From Longimicrobiales bacterium (GTDB lineage Bacteria; Gemmatimonadota; Gemmatimonadetes; Longimicrobiales; Gaopeijiaceae), in NCBI GenBank assembly GCA_965249775.1, contig OZ252253.1:3232189-3296188 (forward strand): a DNA stretch of 64,000 nucleotides, given 5' to 3'. The notes beneath the pieces were generated by a model. It saw only the letters and a program-made list of their open reading frames with translations. It was not told the origin of the DNA and ran no database searches. Each line of letters begins with the position of its first letter. Position 1 is the first letter of the stretch. Below, in pieces: positions 1 to 9,389 of the stretch. Both the position numbers and the translations under genes were made by a program.

Positions 1-15
1 CCGGTGGATTCTGAC

Positions 16-933
16 CTACAAGACGCCCGCTTCGCGCATCACGGCTTCGCACTTCTGGCGGATCTCGGTGCCGACCTGGAAGGGATCTCCCCGCACAAAT
101 TCCTGCCGGAACAGCTCCACGGAGAGCGCTCCGTCGTACTGTTTCTCGGCCAGCTTCTGGAGGATGCGCACCACTGGCGCGATGCCGTCGCCCGGAATCA
201 GCCTGTAGTCGTTGTTCGTCAGCTCGCGGGGAGCATCGAGCAGGTCCTGGAAGTGTGCATGAGCGAGCTCGCCGGGCTCGAGCAGGTCCAGGTCGTCGAA
301 CTTGCTCAGTCCCGACCAGAAGTGGAAGAAATCGATCATCGGCCGGACGTTGGGATGCGCCGCCTCGCGGATCATGCCGAGCGCCGAGGTCAGGGTCGCG
401 AGGTGGGTCGACGTGCGCAGGAATTCGATCATCGCGGTGAGGTTGTACTCGCCGGCGATCTCTCCGGCCTCGCGGATGCAGTCCGGCGTTGCCGCGAAGT
501 CCTCTGCGGTGACTCTCCGGTTCGTGGTCGAGGGGGAGTAGATCTTCCCAAGTCCAAGGCTGGCAAACTGCTCGCAGCGTCTTCTCCACGTCTCGAGCGA
601 TGCTTCCCTCGCCGGACCAGGGATCCAGAGATCCGGCAAGACCGCGGCGCCGGACACTGGTGTCAGTCCCAGATCACTCAGGAGGCTCCTTGCGCCTGCC
701 AACGTGTCGTTCTCCAGGAATCCATCGAGCATGCGGTCGTTCAGCTCGACGTACTGGATTCCGGCTCTCGCCCAGCCCTCGAGCGACCCGCGGAATCCGG
801 CCCCCCGGGAGGTGTTCTGGTGGATGGCGAGCAGCATCTTGCCGGGAGGCGCGGTCTGCGCGTGAGCCACCCGTAGCGGTCGCGCCAGGGGAGCGGCCAG
901 AGAAGCCAGAACGAAGTTTCGGCGAGTCAGCAT
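16..933 (-). CDS. Sugar phosphate isomerase/epimerase (xylose isomerase-like TIM barrel), Tat/Sec-secreted
   Basis: 305-aa ORF. N-terminus MLTRRNFVLASLAAPLARPLRVAHAQ is a twin-arginine-like signal. The body has xylose-isomerase-like TIM-barrel character (conserved His/Glu/Asp pattern, about 280 aa). Confidence 0.7.
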   Translation of the reverse strand: MLTRRNFVLASLAAPLARPLRVAHAQTAPPGKMLLAIHQNTSRGAGFRGSLEGWARAGIQYVELNDRMLDGFLENDTLAGARSLLSDLGLTPVSGAAVLPDLWIPGPAREASLETWRRRCEQFASLGLGKIYSPSTTNRRVTAEDFAATPDCIREAGEIAGEYNLTAMIEFLRTSTHLATLTSALGMIREAAHPNVRPMIDFFHFWSGLSKFDDLDLLEPGELAHAHFQDLLDAPRELTNNDYRLIPGDGIAPVVRILQKLAEKQYDGALSVELFRQEFVRGDPFQVGTEIRQKCEAVMREAGVL

Positions 934-983
934 TAGGCTACTGTATCGTCAATTGTCAGCTGCCGCCACATCACTACAGCTAA

Positions 984-1529
984 CCACTTGGCGCCAAATC
1001 CGGAGCGCGTCGCAAGGTGGCCCGACTGCACCGGAAGGTCCGCCACCAGCGTCTGGACTTCTTGCATCAGGTAACCGCCCATCTCGTTCGCCACTTCGGC
1101 TTTCTGGCTACGGAAGAGTTGGCGGTGGCGAACCTGACGAAGTCAGCCCGGGGTACCGAGGAAGCCCCGGGCACGAACGTCCGGCAGAAGGCCGGACTGA
1201 ACAAGTCCATCCTGGACACCGCACCGGGAATGTTCCTCTCGATGCTTCGGTACAAAGCGGAAGAAGCTGGTGCCGAGCTCGTGGAGGTGCCCACACGGAC
1301 CTTGAAACCCACGCAGCGCTGCGCACGGTGTTGGGAGACGACGAAGAAGTCGCTCTCGCAGCGCATCCATCACTGCGCACACTGTGGGTTCACCCTGGAC
1401 CGCGATTGGAACGCAGCCCTGATTGCGCTGATTTATGCCATGAGTGGCGACGGCCGGGAACCGGCCGCAGGTGTCCGTCTCCCCCCGTCAGGGGCGAGGT
1501 GGCACGAAACTCCATGTAGAGCGGCGTAG
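984..1529 (+). pseudogene. tnpB: IS200/IS605-family TnpB (OrfB) C-terminal fragment (RuvC-II/III + zinc finger); 3' remnant of an IS element
   Basis: The frame is open from the stop at 981. The translation ...ARRKVARLHRKVRHQRLDFLHQ...EELAVANLTKS...RYKAEEAGAELVEVPTRTLKPTQRCARCW...HHCAHCGFTLDRDWNAALI matches the conserved C-terminal half of TnpB (RuvC-II Glu, CxxC...CxxC zinc ribbon, RuvC-III DRD). The N-terminal ~230 aa are absent because the isomerase gene on the opposite strand ends at 933. Confidence 0.7.
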
Positions 1530-1535
1530 CCGCTT
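1519..1535. other. Perfect 6-bp stem-loop (AGCGGC-gta-GCCGCT) overlapping the tnpB stop, between convergent genes
   Basis: Read directly from sequence. No U-tract follows. It could be a vestigial IS200/605 right-end hairpin or a bidirectional terminator. Confidence 0.3.
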
Positions 1536-1547
1536 ACATGGCGTGGT

Positions 1548-2996
1548 TCATCGCCCGATTGCCGACTCCTCCGCCAGCCTGATCGTCTCCTCGGCATCCA
1601 CCTCAAGGATGTATCCGGCGGCGACGTTCGCCTCGGCCACCTCTCTCACTGCCGCGACATAGTCATCGTGGCTCGGGTACAGCCTGGCTAGCGTGGCCGC
1701 ATCGAAGGGGTCATGCGCACCATAGAGGCGGCAGAAGCCCTGCCCCGTGTTTTGACCCGCGTTCAGCGCGGTCGGAACCGCATGAGCCACGAGTCGGATG
1801 CCCCCGGTCGCATTGCCATGAGAATCCCGGGCGAACTCCGCGGGTGGCCCGACGGATTCGGCGTCGATCGGCGATGCAGTCGGCGGCGCGCCACGCCCCT
1901 CGATCCAACGAACCATGTGGTCATAGGCTGCGTTCATCACATAGCGGAACGGCACGCGGCTGTACTCCGGCCGGTCGCAGCGCCCGCTGAGCTCCCCGGC
2001 GGCCGGGAGCCCTGCGAGCGCCTCGGCCGCGGTCTGCCCGTTCATCACGCCCCGCACCTTGGCCGACTCGACGGCGAAGATGATGTCGACGTGCGACGAG
2101 CCTGCGACCTCCCAGGTCCGGAAGCTGTCGGTGTCTGGTTGGCGGGTTGCGACCTGTCGACCCATATCGCTCTCGGCCAGCAGCTTCCAGACCTTCACGT
2201 CGAGGTCGTCGCGGACGCGTCCACCACCCCCGTGGACCACGACACCGTCGAAGACGGGGTCGATCGGATGAACGTTGTTGAGATAGACGGCAAGCCGGCT
2301 CGCCGACTGTGAGTGCCCAGTGGCGATGACATGCTCGACCTCCAGCCCGCCCATCACCGCCGCGTTTGCGGGCCCGCGCACCGCTCGGCCGACCGCGGCG
2401 AAGATGTCGTAGGACAGATCGTCCCGCTCGACCATCCCTCCGTGCGTGACATCGAGAGACCCATAGCGCTCGGGGCTCCACCCCCGGAGCGCATCGACGC
2501 CGACCCGCTGGGCCGAAACGCCGACCCACGCATAGCCGGCACGCACGAAGTGCGGCCACGACTGGAACCAGTCGATGTCGAGATCCTGGCCGGCGGTCAC
2601 GTTGTTCCACTCCACCACCACCGTGCCATTGAACGCGGCGGGCGATAGGGGACGTCTGACGACGAACCGCGTCTTGTAGGGATGCCCGCCATCGATCACT
2701 TCAGCGGTCGCCATATCGGAGCGCGTGTACCGGTTCGCGGTCCCCTCGATGAAGAACTCCTCCTGGACATACCCCCGAGGGCCGAGGTCGACCGCCGCCG
2801 GCGAGAAGACGAAGCCGTGCGACGGATCGCCAAGCGGGGCGGTCGCAAGAATCGGACCGGTGACGGTCGGCGTCGGGGCGACGCCCTGCGCCGACACGGA
2901 CGCCACGGTCGCGAAAAGGACCATCCCGGTCGCCATCGAGGCAGCTACGAAACGGATCGGGCCAGCTAGGCGTTCGGTCTGCGAATTGCGGCTCAT
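1548..2996 (-). CDS. Secreted alpha/beta-hydrolase-fold protein (putative esterase/lipase)
   Basis: The true start is most likely the ATG at 2996-2994, preceded by GGGAGG 6 nt upstream. Signal peptide MSRNSQTERLAGPIRFVAASMATGMVLFATVASVSAQG. Serine-hydrolase-like motif GHSQS. The ORF-track extension to 3230 is untranslated upstream sequence that contains the 18-bp repeats. Confidence 0.55.
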   Translation of the reverse strand: MSRNSQTERLAGPIRFVAASMATGMVLFATVASVSAQGVAPTPTVTGPILATAPLGDPSHGFVFSPAAVDLGPRGYVQEEFFIEGTANRYTRSDMATAEVIDGGHPYKTRFVVRRPLSPAAFNGTVVVEWNNVTAGQDLDIDWFQSWPHFVRAGYAWVGVSAQRVGVDALRGWSPERYGSLDVTHGGMVERDDLSYDIFAAVGRAVRGPANAAVMGGLEVEHVIATGHSQSASRLAVYLNNVHPIDPVFDGVVVHGGGGRVRDDLDVKVWKLLAESDMGRQVATRQPDTDSFRTWEVAGSSHVDIIFAVESAKVRGVMNGQTAAEALAGLPAAGELSGRCDRPEYSRVPFRYVMNAAYDHMVRWIEGRGAPPTASPIDAESVGPPAEFARDSHGNATGGIRLVAHAVPTALNAGQNTGQGFCRLYGAHDPFDAATLARLYPSHDDYVAAVREVAEANVAAGYILEVDAEETIRLAEESAIGR

Positions 2997-3029
2997 GAGC
3001 TGCCTCCCTCGGGTCAAACTGCTCTCGGC

Positions 3030-3100
3030 GTCTGAAGTATTCTGGGTGTCTGAAGCATTCTGGGTGCCTGAAGCATTCTGGGTGCCTGACGCACCCTCCT
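3030..3100. repeat. 18-bp direct tandem repeat, about 3.5 copies (gtctgaagYattctgggt), in the intergenic region between the recQ stop and the hydrolase start
   Basis: Copies at 3030-3047, 3048-3065, 3066-3083, plus a degenerate partial copy at 3084-3100. Each unit contains GAAgcaTTC. Confidence 0.85.
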
Positions 3101-3183
3101 CGCGATCGCCAATCAGACAAGCAGCTTGGGAAACGTCGTCACAGGACGCAAGAACGGGACGCGAGACAGGGTGTGGCGCCAGC

Positions 3184-4797
3184 CTACGCGTCGGCCTCGG
3201 CCGCCAAGGGTGCGGCTCCAGCGTGTCCATCGGCCTCCGCCACCATCGAATTCGTCGGGCCCCGGTTTACCGCCTCCAGGAACGCCTCTCCGTACCGCTC
3301 GAGCTTCAGCGGCCCCACGCCCGAGACGGCCAAGAGCTCGCTCGCCGTGGACGGACGCGCCTCGGCCATGGCACGCAGGGTCTTGTCGCTGAATACGATG
3401 TATGCCGGCACACGCTGCTGGTCCGCAATGGACTTGCGAAGCACTCGCAGGCTCTGAAACAGGGCCTCCCCTTCATCGGAGAGCGGCCCGGCCTCGGCGA
3501 CTCGATCGAACGACTTCGATCGTCGCTGGGCTACCACGGCGGCGGCCATCTTCCCCTCCGCGGCTAGCATCCCCTCAGCCGCCAGATCCTCCGCCTTCAC
3601 ACCCATGCACCAGTCACAGGAACTGCCGCACGGATCGATCTCCTCGCCGAAGTGGCCGAGGATCTTCTTTTGGCGACACCCCCCGTCTTCCACCAAGCGG
3701 AAAAGAGACTTGGCCGCTTCGATCTTGGTCCAGTAGAGATCGGGGTTGTCGATGTCGTTGAGGAACCGCTCCTGGAGCTTCACGTCGGCCCACGAATAGA
3801 AGAGGAAGCAATCGCTATCCAGACCGTCCCTGCCCGCGCGCCCCATCTCCTGATACCAGGACTCCACGTCCTTGGGCATGTCCCGATGGATGACGAAGCG
3901 CACATTCGACTTGTCGATGCCCATGCCGAAGGCGATGGTCGCGACGATCACGTCGGCGTCGTCCCTCGCGAAAGCATTCTGGTTTGCTTCCCGATCCGCG
4001 GCCTCCATGCCGGCGTGGTAGGGCAACGCCCGCACCCCCTGATCACAGAGGAATCCGGCCATCTGATCGACCGCCTTGCGCGAGGCGCAATACACGATGC
4101 CGCTCTGCCCCTGATGCGCCTGGATCAGCCCTGAGATCTCCAAGCGTGTGGGTCCGGTGCCCTTCTTCCTGCAATAGATCTTCAGGTTGGGGCGGAAGAA
4201 CGAGCCCTTGAACCCGGCGGGCTTGCTCATGTCGAGTTGCCGAATGATGTCTCTGGCGACGGCGTTCGTGGCGGTCGCGGTGAGCGCTAACACGGGCACA
4301 CCAGGCAACTCGTCCCGGAGCCGTTGCAGCCGCCGGTAGGACGGCCGAAAGTCGTGCCCCCACTGGCTGATGCAGTGCGCCTCGTCCACCACGAGCAGTG
4401 AGAGCGGCCAATTCCCAGCCTCGCGGCTCAGGCGGCCGTCGAGCCCCTCGGGGGCCAGATAGACGAGCTCGTACTCTCCGCCTCTCAGCGCCTGGAGCCT
4501 CCGCTCTCGCTCGTCCGGCTCCAGCGACGAGTTGATCGCGGCGGCCCGAAAGCCCAGCTCGTTGAGGGCATCGACCTGGTCCTTCATGAGGGAGATCAGC
4601 GGAGACACCACGAGCACGGTCCCGTCCAACATGCGAGCCGGCACTTGAAACGTCAGGGATTTGCCCGCTCCCGTGGGCATGAGCGCGATGCAGTCGCGGC
4701 CCTCGAGCACGGCTTCGATGACCTCTAGCTGGCCGGGGCGAAAGTCCTCGTAGCCGAATACGTCGCGAAGAATGCCGAGTGGTGTGCTGAGGGGCAT
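3184..4797 (-). CDS. recQ: ATP-dependent DNA helicase RecQ
   Basis: Motifs [23 protein letters not shown] (Walker A), [15 protein letters not shown] (DEAH box), and a C-terminal HRDC-like region. The start is placed at the ATG at 4797 (MPLSTPLG), about 10 aa before the conserved N-terminus. A GTG at 4875 is an alternative. Confidence 0.85.
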   Translation of the reverse strand: MPLSTPLGILRDVFGYEDFRPGQLEVIEAVLEGRDCIALMPTGAGKSLTFQVPARMLDGTVLVVSPLISLMKDQVDALNELGFRAAAINSSLEPDERERRLQALRGGEYELVYLAPEGLDGRLSREAGNWPLSLLVVDEAHCISQWGHDFRPSYRRLQRLRDELPGVPVLALTATATNAVARDIIRQLDMSKPAGFKGSFFRPNLKIYCRKKGTGPTRLEISGLIQAHQGQSGIVYCASRKAVDQMAGFLCDQGVRALPYHAGMEAADREANQNAFARDDADVIVATIAFGMGIDKSNVRFVIHRDMPKDVESWYQEMGRAGRDGLDSDCFLFYSWADVKLQERFLNDIDNPDLYWTKIEAAKSLFRLVEDGGCRQKKILGHFGEEIDPCGSSCDWCMGVKAEDLAAEGMLAAEGKMAAAVVAQRRSKSFDRVAEAGPLSDEGEALFQSLRVLRKSIADQQRVPAYIVFSDKTLRAMAEARPSTASELLAVSGVGPLKLERYGEAFLEAVNRGPTNSMVAEADGHAGAAPLAAEADA

Positions 4798-4964
4798 GCC
4801 GAGGGGCGTGCCTGTCGGGTCGGGGGTGATCGGGGGCTCCAAGTCCGGGTGGCAGGTGCGAGCCCCAAGGTACACGAATGCAGGGGGCGAGGAGAGGGGT
4901 GGATGGGGCGCAGGAATCCATCCGAGTCGCGCATGGTCTGCGCAGGCCCCATGTTTCGGGACCC

Positions 4965-7301
4965 ATGGATACCAGAGCGCGCCTCGAGGCGGCCCTCGCC
5001 GACCGATACCGTGTGGACCGAGAAATCGGGTCGGGCGGCATGGCGGTCGTGTATCTCGCCGAAGATCTGAAGCATCGTCGGAAAGTCGCGATCAAAGTAC
5101 TCCGGCCCGAGCTGTCCGCCGCCATGGGCCCAGAGCGGTTCCTGCGCGAGATCGAGATCGCAGCCCAACTCAACCACCCCAACATCTTGGGACTCCACGA
5201 CTCCGGTGAGGCGGACGGTGTCCTCTATTTCGTGATGCCGTTCGTCGAGGGCGAGTCGCTTCGCGATCGGCTCGACCGAGTGGGCCAGCTGTCGCTCGAC
5301 GAGGCAGTGCAGATCACGAGCGAAGTCGCGAGCGCGCTAGGATATGCACATGAGCGCGGCGTCGTGCACCGGGACATCAAGCCCGAGAATATTCTCTTCC
5401 AGGCGGGCCACGCGCTCGTCTGTGACTTCGGCATCGCCAAGGCGGCGAGCGAGGCCCAGGGGCGGCTGACCGACACCGGACTCGCGGTCGGAACCCTCAA
5501 GTATATGAGTCCCGAGCAGGCCGTGGGCGAGGAGGAGATCGATGGGCGAACGGACCTCTACGCACTCGCCTGCGTCCTTCACCAGATGCTCTCGGGCGAG
5601 GTCCCCTTCGTCGGTCCCACGCCCCAGGCCGTGCTAAGCAAGAAGCTGATGGGTGCGGCGACCGATCTTTCCACCGGTCGGCCCGATGTCGCGCCGACCG
5701 TCCGCGATGTCATCTCCCGGGCCCTGGCGACGGCCCCGGAGGATCGCTTCGCCACCGCCGAGACATTCTCCAGCGCGCTTGTGCACGCGACGACCGAGTC
5801 CGCGGTTGCGGACGACGCGCGACGCCGTCGCCGTAACCGGATGTGGAGGACCGCCGCAATGCTCGCCGGCGTGTTGGCCTTCGGCGCCGGGGGCTGGTGG
5901 CTGACCGCGGTTGTGGGCGGACCGCCGATCGCGCGAATTGCATTGCTTCCGCTGACGAACACCCAGCGAGACACGGCGCAGGACTTTTTCGTGCAGGGGG
6001 TCCATGAGGATCTGGTCAGGGAGCTCACCTACGCGGGGATCCGTGTGATCAACTCCAACTCTGTGAGAGGCTATGCGGGGACGGACATGCGCATGCGCGA
6101 CATCGCCGCAGAGCTGAACGTGGATGGCGTCATCGTAAGCTCCGCGACCTTGGAGGGGGACCGCATCGAGGTGGAGTTGTCGCTCGTGGACGGGATCAGT
6201 GAGGAGTCACGTTGGATCGAGCGGTTCCAGGCGGACGTGAGCAACATCGTAACCCTCTACCACGACGTGACGCGGGCGATTGCCGCCGAGATCGAAACGG
6301 AGCTGAGCGGCGAGGCCCTCGCTCGTCTCGCCGAGTCCCTGCCGGTCGACCCACAGGTCTTCGAGGCACTCCTCCAGGCGCGGTTCCACTGGCAGAAGCT
6401 GACCGAAAAGGGGCTGAATACCGCGCTCGATTATTACGAGCTGGCGCTCTCGCGTGACTCCACTTCCGTGGAGGCCTGGATCGGAACCGCACGGGTCTGG
6501 AGTGTGCGCGCCCAGCAGGGGCTCGTGTCCGGAGAGGAGGCTACCCAGCGGGGCGCGGCAGCGATGGCACGTGCCGCGGCCCTGGACCCGACCGCGTCCC
6601 AGGATCCGGCGAGCCTCGCTGCTCAGCATACGTGGTACGAGTGGAACTGGGCCGAGGGAGAGATCGCCTTCCTGAGGGCCATCGAGAAGGATCCTACAGA
6701 CTCGGTGAACCGGGCCTACTACTCGCATCTGCTTTTCTACCTGGGTCGCATTGACGAGGCTCTGGAACAGGTCGAACTGGCGGCCGAGCTGGATCCCTTC
6801 AACTCCCTGGTCCAGGGACTCCACGCGCAGGACCTCATTTTTATGCACCGCTATGAGGCCGCCGAGGCGCTGCTGGTTCGTACGCTGGAGCGGGAGCCAG
6901 GGGCGCCCTACCCGTTGGCGACGCTGCGCACGGCCTACCACCTGATGGAGCGCCACGAAGAGGCGATCCAGGCGTGGAGGGAGTCGTACCGCTCTCTGGG
7001 GGACGCAGGAGCCCTGGACGCGCTCAACCGGGGGTTCGAGGAAAACGGATATCCTACCGCGCTCGAGTCCGTCGCAGAGCTGTTCATCGAGCGCCTGGAG
7101 ACGGGAGACGCAGCCCCGTGGCAAATCGGGACGTTATACACTCGGGCCGGGAGGGCCCCGGAAGCTTTATACTACCTCGAGTTGGCGTTCGAGGAGCTCG
7201 ATCCCAACATGCCTTACCTCAGTGTTGATCCGATCTTCGACTTTCTGCGGGACGAGCCTCGCTTCGAGAGCCTTCTGGACGGACTAGGCCTTCCACGGTA
7301 G
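4965..7301 (+). CDS. Serine/threonine protein kinase with TM segment, periplasmic TolB-N-like domain and C-terminal TPR-like region
   Basis: Kinase subdomains [35 protein letters not shown] segment at [21 protein letters not shown]. The C-terminal half is TPR-like. The start is placed at the ATG at 4965 ([15 protein letters not shown]). Confidence 0.8.
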   Translation: MDTRARLEAALADRYRVDREIGSGGMAVVYLAEDLKHRRKVAIKVLRPELSAAMGPERFLREIEIAAQLNHPNILGLHDSGEADGVLYFVMPFVEGESLRDRLDRVGQLSLDEAVQITSEVASALGYAHERGVVHRDIKPENILFQAGHALVCDFGIAKAASEAQGRLTDTGLAVGTLKYMSPEQAVGEEEIDGRTDLYALACVLHQMLSGEVPFVGPTPQAVLSKKLMGAATDLSTGRPDVAPTVRDVISRALATAPEDRFATAETFSSALVHATTESAVADDARRRRRNRMWRTAAMLAGVLAFGAGGWWLTAVVGGPPIARIALLPLTNTQRDTAQDFFVQGVHEDLVRELTYAGIRVINSNSVRGYAGTDMRMRDIAAELNVDGVIVSSATLEGDRIEVELSLVDGISEESRWIERFQADVSNIVTLYHDVTRAIAAEIETELSGEALARLAESLPVDPQVFEALLQARFHWQKLTEKGLNTALDYYELALSRDSTSVEAWIGTARVWSVRAQQGLVSGEEATQRGAAAMARAAALDPTASQDPASLAAQHTWYEWNWAEGEIAFLRAIEKDPTDSVNRAYYSHLLFYLGRIDEALEQVELAAELDPFNSLVQGLHAQDLIFMHRYEAAEALLVRTLEREPGAPYPLATLRTAYHLMERHEEAIQAWRESYRSLGDAGALDALNRGFEENGYPTALESVAELFIERLETGDAAPWQIGTLYTRAGRAPEALYYLELAFEELDPNMPYLSVDPIFDFLRDEPRFESLLDGLGLPR

Positions 7302-7334
7302 AGCGCCACCGACTCCCCCCGGTCCCGCCCCCTA

Positions 7335-8018
7335 TCACTCCGGCTTCCGGGCAATCCAGATGAGGTGCCGAGCGCCCTTCCCCCGGTGCGCCCGCACGGG
7401 AACCTCGTCTACCGCGAAACCAGCTCCAACGAGGCGCTTGGTGAAAGCACGGTCGGAACCCGCCGACCATACCCCGAGGACACCTTTGGGCCGGAGTGCC
7501 TGGTAGGACACATCGAGCCCGGCCTTCGAGTAGAGCCAGTCATTACTCTTATGGGTCAATCCCTCCGGACCGTTGTCGACGTCCAACAAGATGGCATCGA
7601 ACGACCGCGCTTCCGCCCTCAGCATGACGGAGACGTCAATCTCGTTGACCGTGACGCGCTCATCGCGGAGAGGATGGCCGGCGTGCTCGCCGAGCGGCCC
7701 CCGGTTCCACTCGACCACTTCAGGCACCAACTCGGCCACCACCACTTCGGCGTCGTGCCCGAGGTGGCGTAGCGCGGAAGCCAGCGTGAAGCCCATGCCC
7801 AGGCCACCGATCAGCACGCGGGGCCGCTCGCAACCGGCGACCTCGGTGCACGCGATCTCAGCCAGCGCGTCTGCGGACCCGTGGGTTCGGGTGCTCATGA
7901 GGTCCTGACCGTCCACGATCTTGATCACGAAGTCTTCACCGTGCTCGTAAAGACCCAACTCGCCACCGCCGTCCGGTATCGGTGCGGTATCGAGCAGCCT
8001 CATTCGGGCTTTAGACAT
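7335..8018 (-). CDS. Spermidine-synthase-like (polyamine aminopropyltransferase family) methyltransferase-fold protein
   Basis: 227 aa with a Rossmann-like motif VLIGGLGMGFT and spermine/spermidine-synthase-like overall pattern. Confidence 0.5.
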   Translation of the reverse strand: MSKARMRLLDTAPIPDGGGELGLYEHGEDFVIKIVDGQDLMSTRTHGSADALAEIACTEVAGCERPRVLIGGLGMGFTLASALRHLGHDAEVVVAELVPEVVEWNRGPLGEHAGHPLRDERVTVNEIDVSVMLRAEARSFDAILLDVDNGPEGLTHKSNDWLYSKAGLDVSYQALRPKGVLGVWSAGSDRAFTKRLVGAGFAVDEVPVRAHRGKGARHLIWIARKPE

Positions 8019-8212
8019 GTCAGGGCTGTTCCGGCTCGCGAGGACGGACGGCTTCGCTTTGCACGACCGCAGATAATAACCGGATTAGGGCAGCTTTTCC
8101 GGCTCCCTGGCCCGATGTCTGACCTTCCTCCATCTTCCTCGGAGGGCTCCGCTTCCGGGAGTCCTTTTCCTGGAGAGGTCCCTGGAGAGCCCTCGAACCA
8201 ACAGAGTGCCCA

Positions 8213-8878
8213 TTGGCGAACCTTAGCCCGTCTGAAACCCAAGGCTCCCTGAAGTGGCGTTCCTGGATTTCCCGCGTGTTGGTGGAGTCGGTGCTCGTAG
8301 TCGGGAGCATTCTCTTGGCCCTCGGGCTCGACCGGTGGGCCGAGGATCAGGATGATCAGGATCTCGCGACCCTCTCGCTCGTCATCTTCGAACGCGAGAT
8401 TCAGCAGAACCGCGTCCGTCTAGAGGACGTCGTGCTCTTCCACGCGGGGCTCCGGGACGTCTTGGCGAACATGGACGCCAGCGGCACGGCCATACCTGCG
8501 ACCACGATCCGTAACATGATGGACGGCTTTCAGCCCGCCATTCTGGTCAACACAGCGTGGGAAACGGCCGTCGCTACCGGCACCTTGGGGTACATGGACT
8601 ACGATGTCGTGGCGGGCCTCTCCCTCACCTACAACCTGCAGGAGCGTCTGGTCGCCCTGACCCAATCCGGTCTGAATAATCTCCTCCTGAGTGGCGTCTC
8701 GAGCGGGGAGACGGATCTGCTGGTCTACATGGCGAACCGCTATATGCGGGAGCTGACCGAAGCGGAGCAAGGGCTCCAGGGAGTCTACGACCTCGTGCTG
8801 GGTGTGGTCAGAGAAGCACTCGAAGAGCGTGGAGAGACCGTCGAGGCAGACACCACGGAGGTGTTGGGGCCCCCCTAG
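8213..8878 (+). CDS. Hypothetical membrane-anchored protein
   Basis: One N-terminal TM helix (VLVESVLVVGSILLALGL). GC-rich third-position codon usage. No recognisable family. Confidence 0.4.
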   Translation: MANLSPSETQGSLKWRSWISRVLVESVLVVGSILLALGLDRWAEDQDDQDLATLSLVIFEREIQQNRVRLEDVVLFHAGLRDVLANMDASGTAIPATTIRNMMDGFQPAILVNTAWETAVATGTLGYMDYDVVAGLSLTYNLQERLVALTQSGLNNLLLSGVSSGETDLLVYMANRYMRELTEAEQGLQGVYDLVLGVVREALEERGETVEADTTEVLGPP

Positions 8879-8888
8879 CGACTCCGCC

Positions 8889-9389
8889 TCACCTCAGCGG
8901 ATAACCCTCATCACCGGGCAACATTCCGTCGATACGAATGACCTTGAGGTCGGGGCCCACGTCCGATACGGGCACGAAGCCGATGGATCCGGGAATGACC
9001 GTGACCAGATCACGGAGCATGTCCGTGCTGAACACGATCTTGGGCCCGGACGCCACTTCGCTACGAAACATCTTGCCGATCCAGTACCGTCGGTAGCGGT
9101 CCTCGCTCATGCGGTAAATCTCGGTCAGAATCAGGTCGCGCTCGGGCGCGATCGCGGCCCTCACGAGGAGGGTGATCCGTGAGCGGTCAGGCCAATGTTG
9201 GCGCTCTGCCAAGAAGATGCTCCTGAGCTCGTCGAACGAGAGATTGTCATCGTCGATGGCGACCTGCGGATGAACCACAATAGCGACAGCCTCCCTCGCT
9301 TGTGCGTCGACCGTGGAAGCCATCGGACCCGCCGCCGCTGCTGTGACGAGAGCCAAGGCGGTTGCCCGCACCATGTTCACCCCCTTCAA
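8889..9389 (-). CDS. Small periplasmic PstS-like (phosphate-binding-protein-like) domain protein
   Basis: Signal peptide MVRATALALVTAAAAGPMASTVDAQA. The body resembles the N-terminal lobe of phosphate ABC substrate-binding proteins. The start overlaps the upstream porin stop by 4 nt, consistent with translational coupling. Confidence 0.45.
   Translation of the reverse strand: MKGVNMVRATALALVTAAAAGPMASTVDAQAREAVAIVVHPQVAIDDDNLSFDELRSIFLAERQHWPDRSRITLLVRAAIAPERDLILTEIYRMSEDRYRRYWIGKMFRSEVASGPKIVFSTDMLRDLVTVIPGSIGFVPVSDVGPDLKVIRIDGMLPGDEGYPLR

Noticed and set aside
4-876. 290-aa ORF on the + strand
   Set aside because: Antisense to the sugar-phosphate isomerase gene. It is a high-GC artefact.
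1017-1529. Annotating the 170-aa ORF as an intact small gene
   Set aside because: It is the C-terminal half of TnpB with no N-terminal domain, and its apparent GTG start is internal. It is treated as a pseudogene/remnant.
3030-3100. CRISPR array interpretation of the tandem repeats (also applied to 27169-27204, 50179-50210 and 54476-54547)
   Set aside because: Units are 16-24 bp and directly abutting with no spacers, at most 3-4 copies, and there are no cas genes. These are simple tandem repeats.
4043-5185. 380-aa ORF on the - strand spanning the recQ 5' end and the kinase 5' end
   Set aside because: It overlaps two convincing genes and the divergent promoter region, and has no SD or motif.
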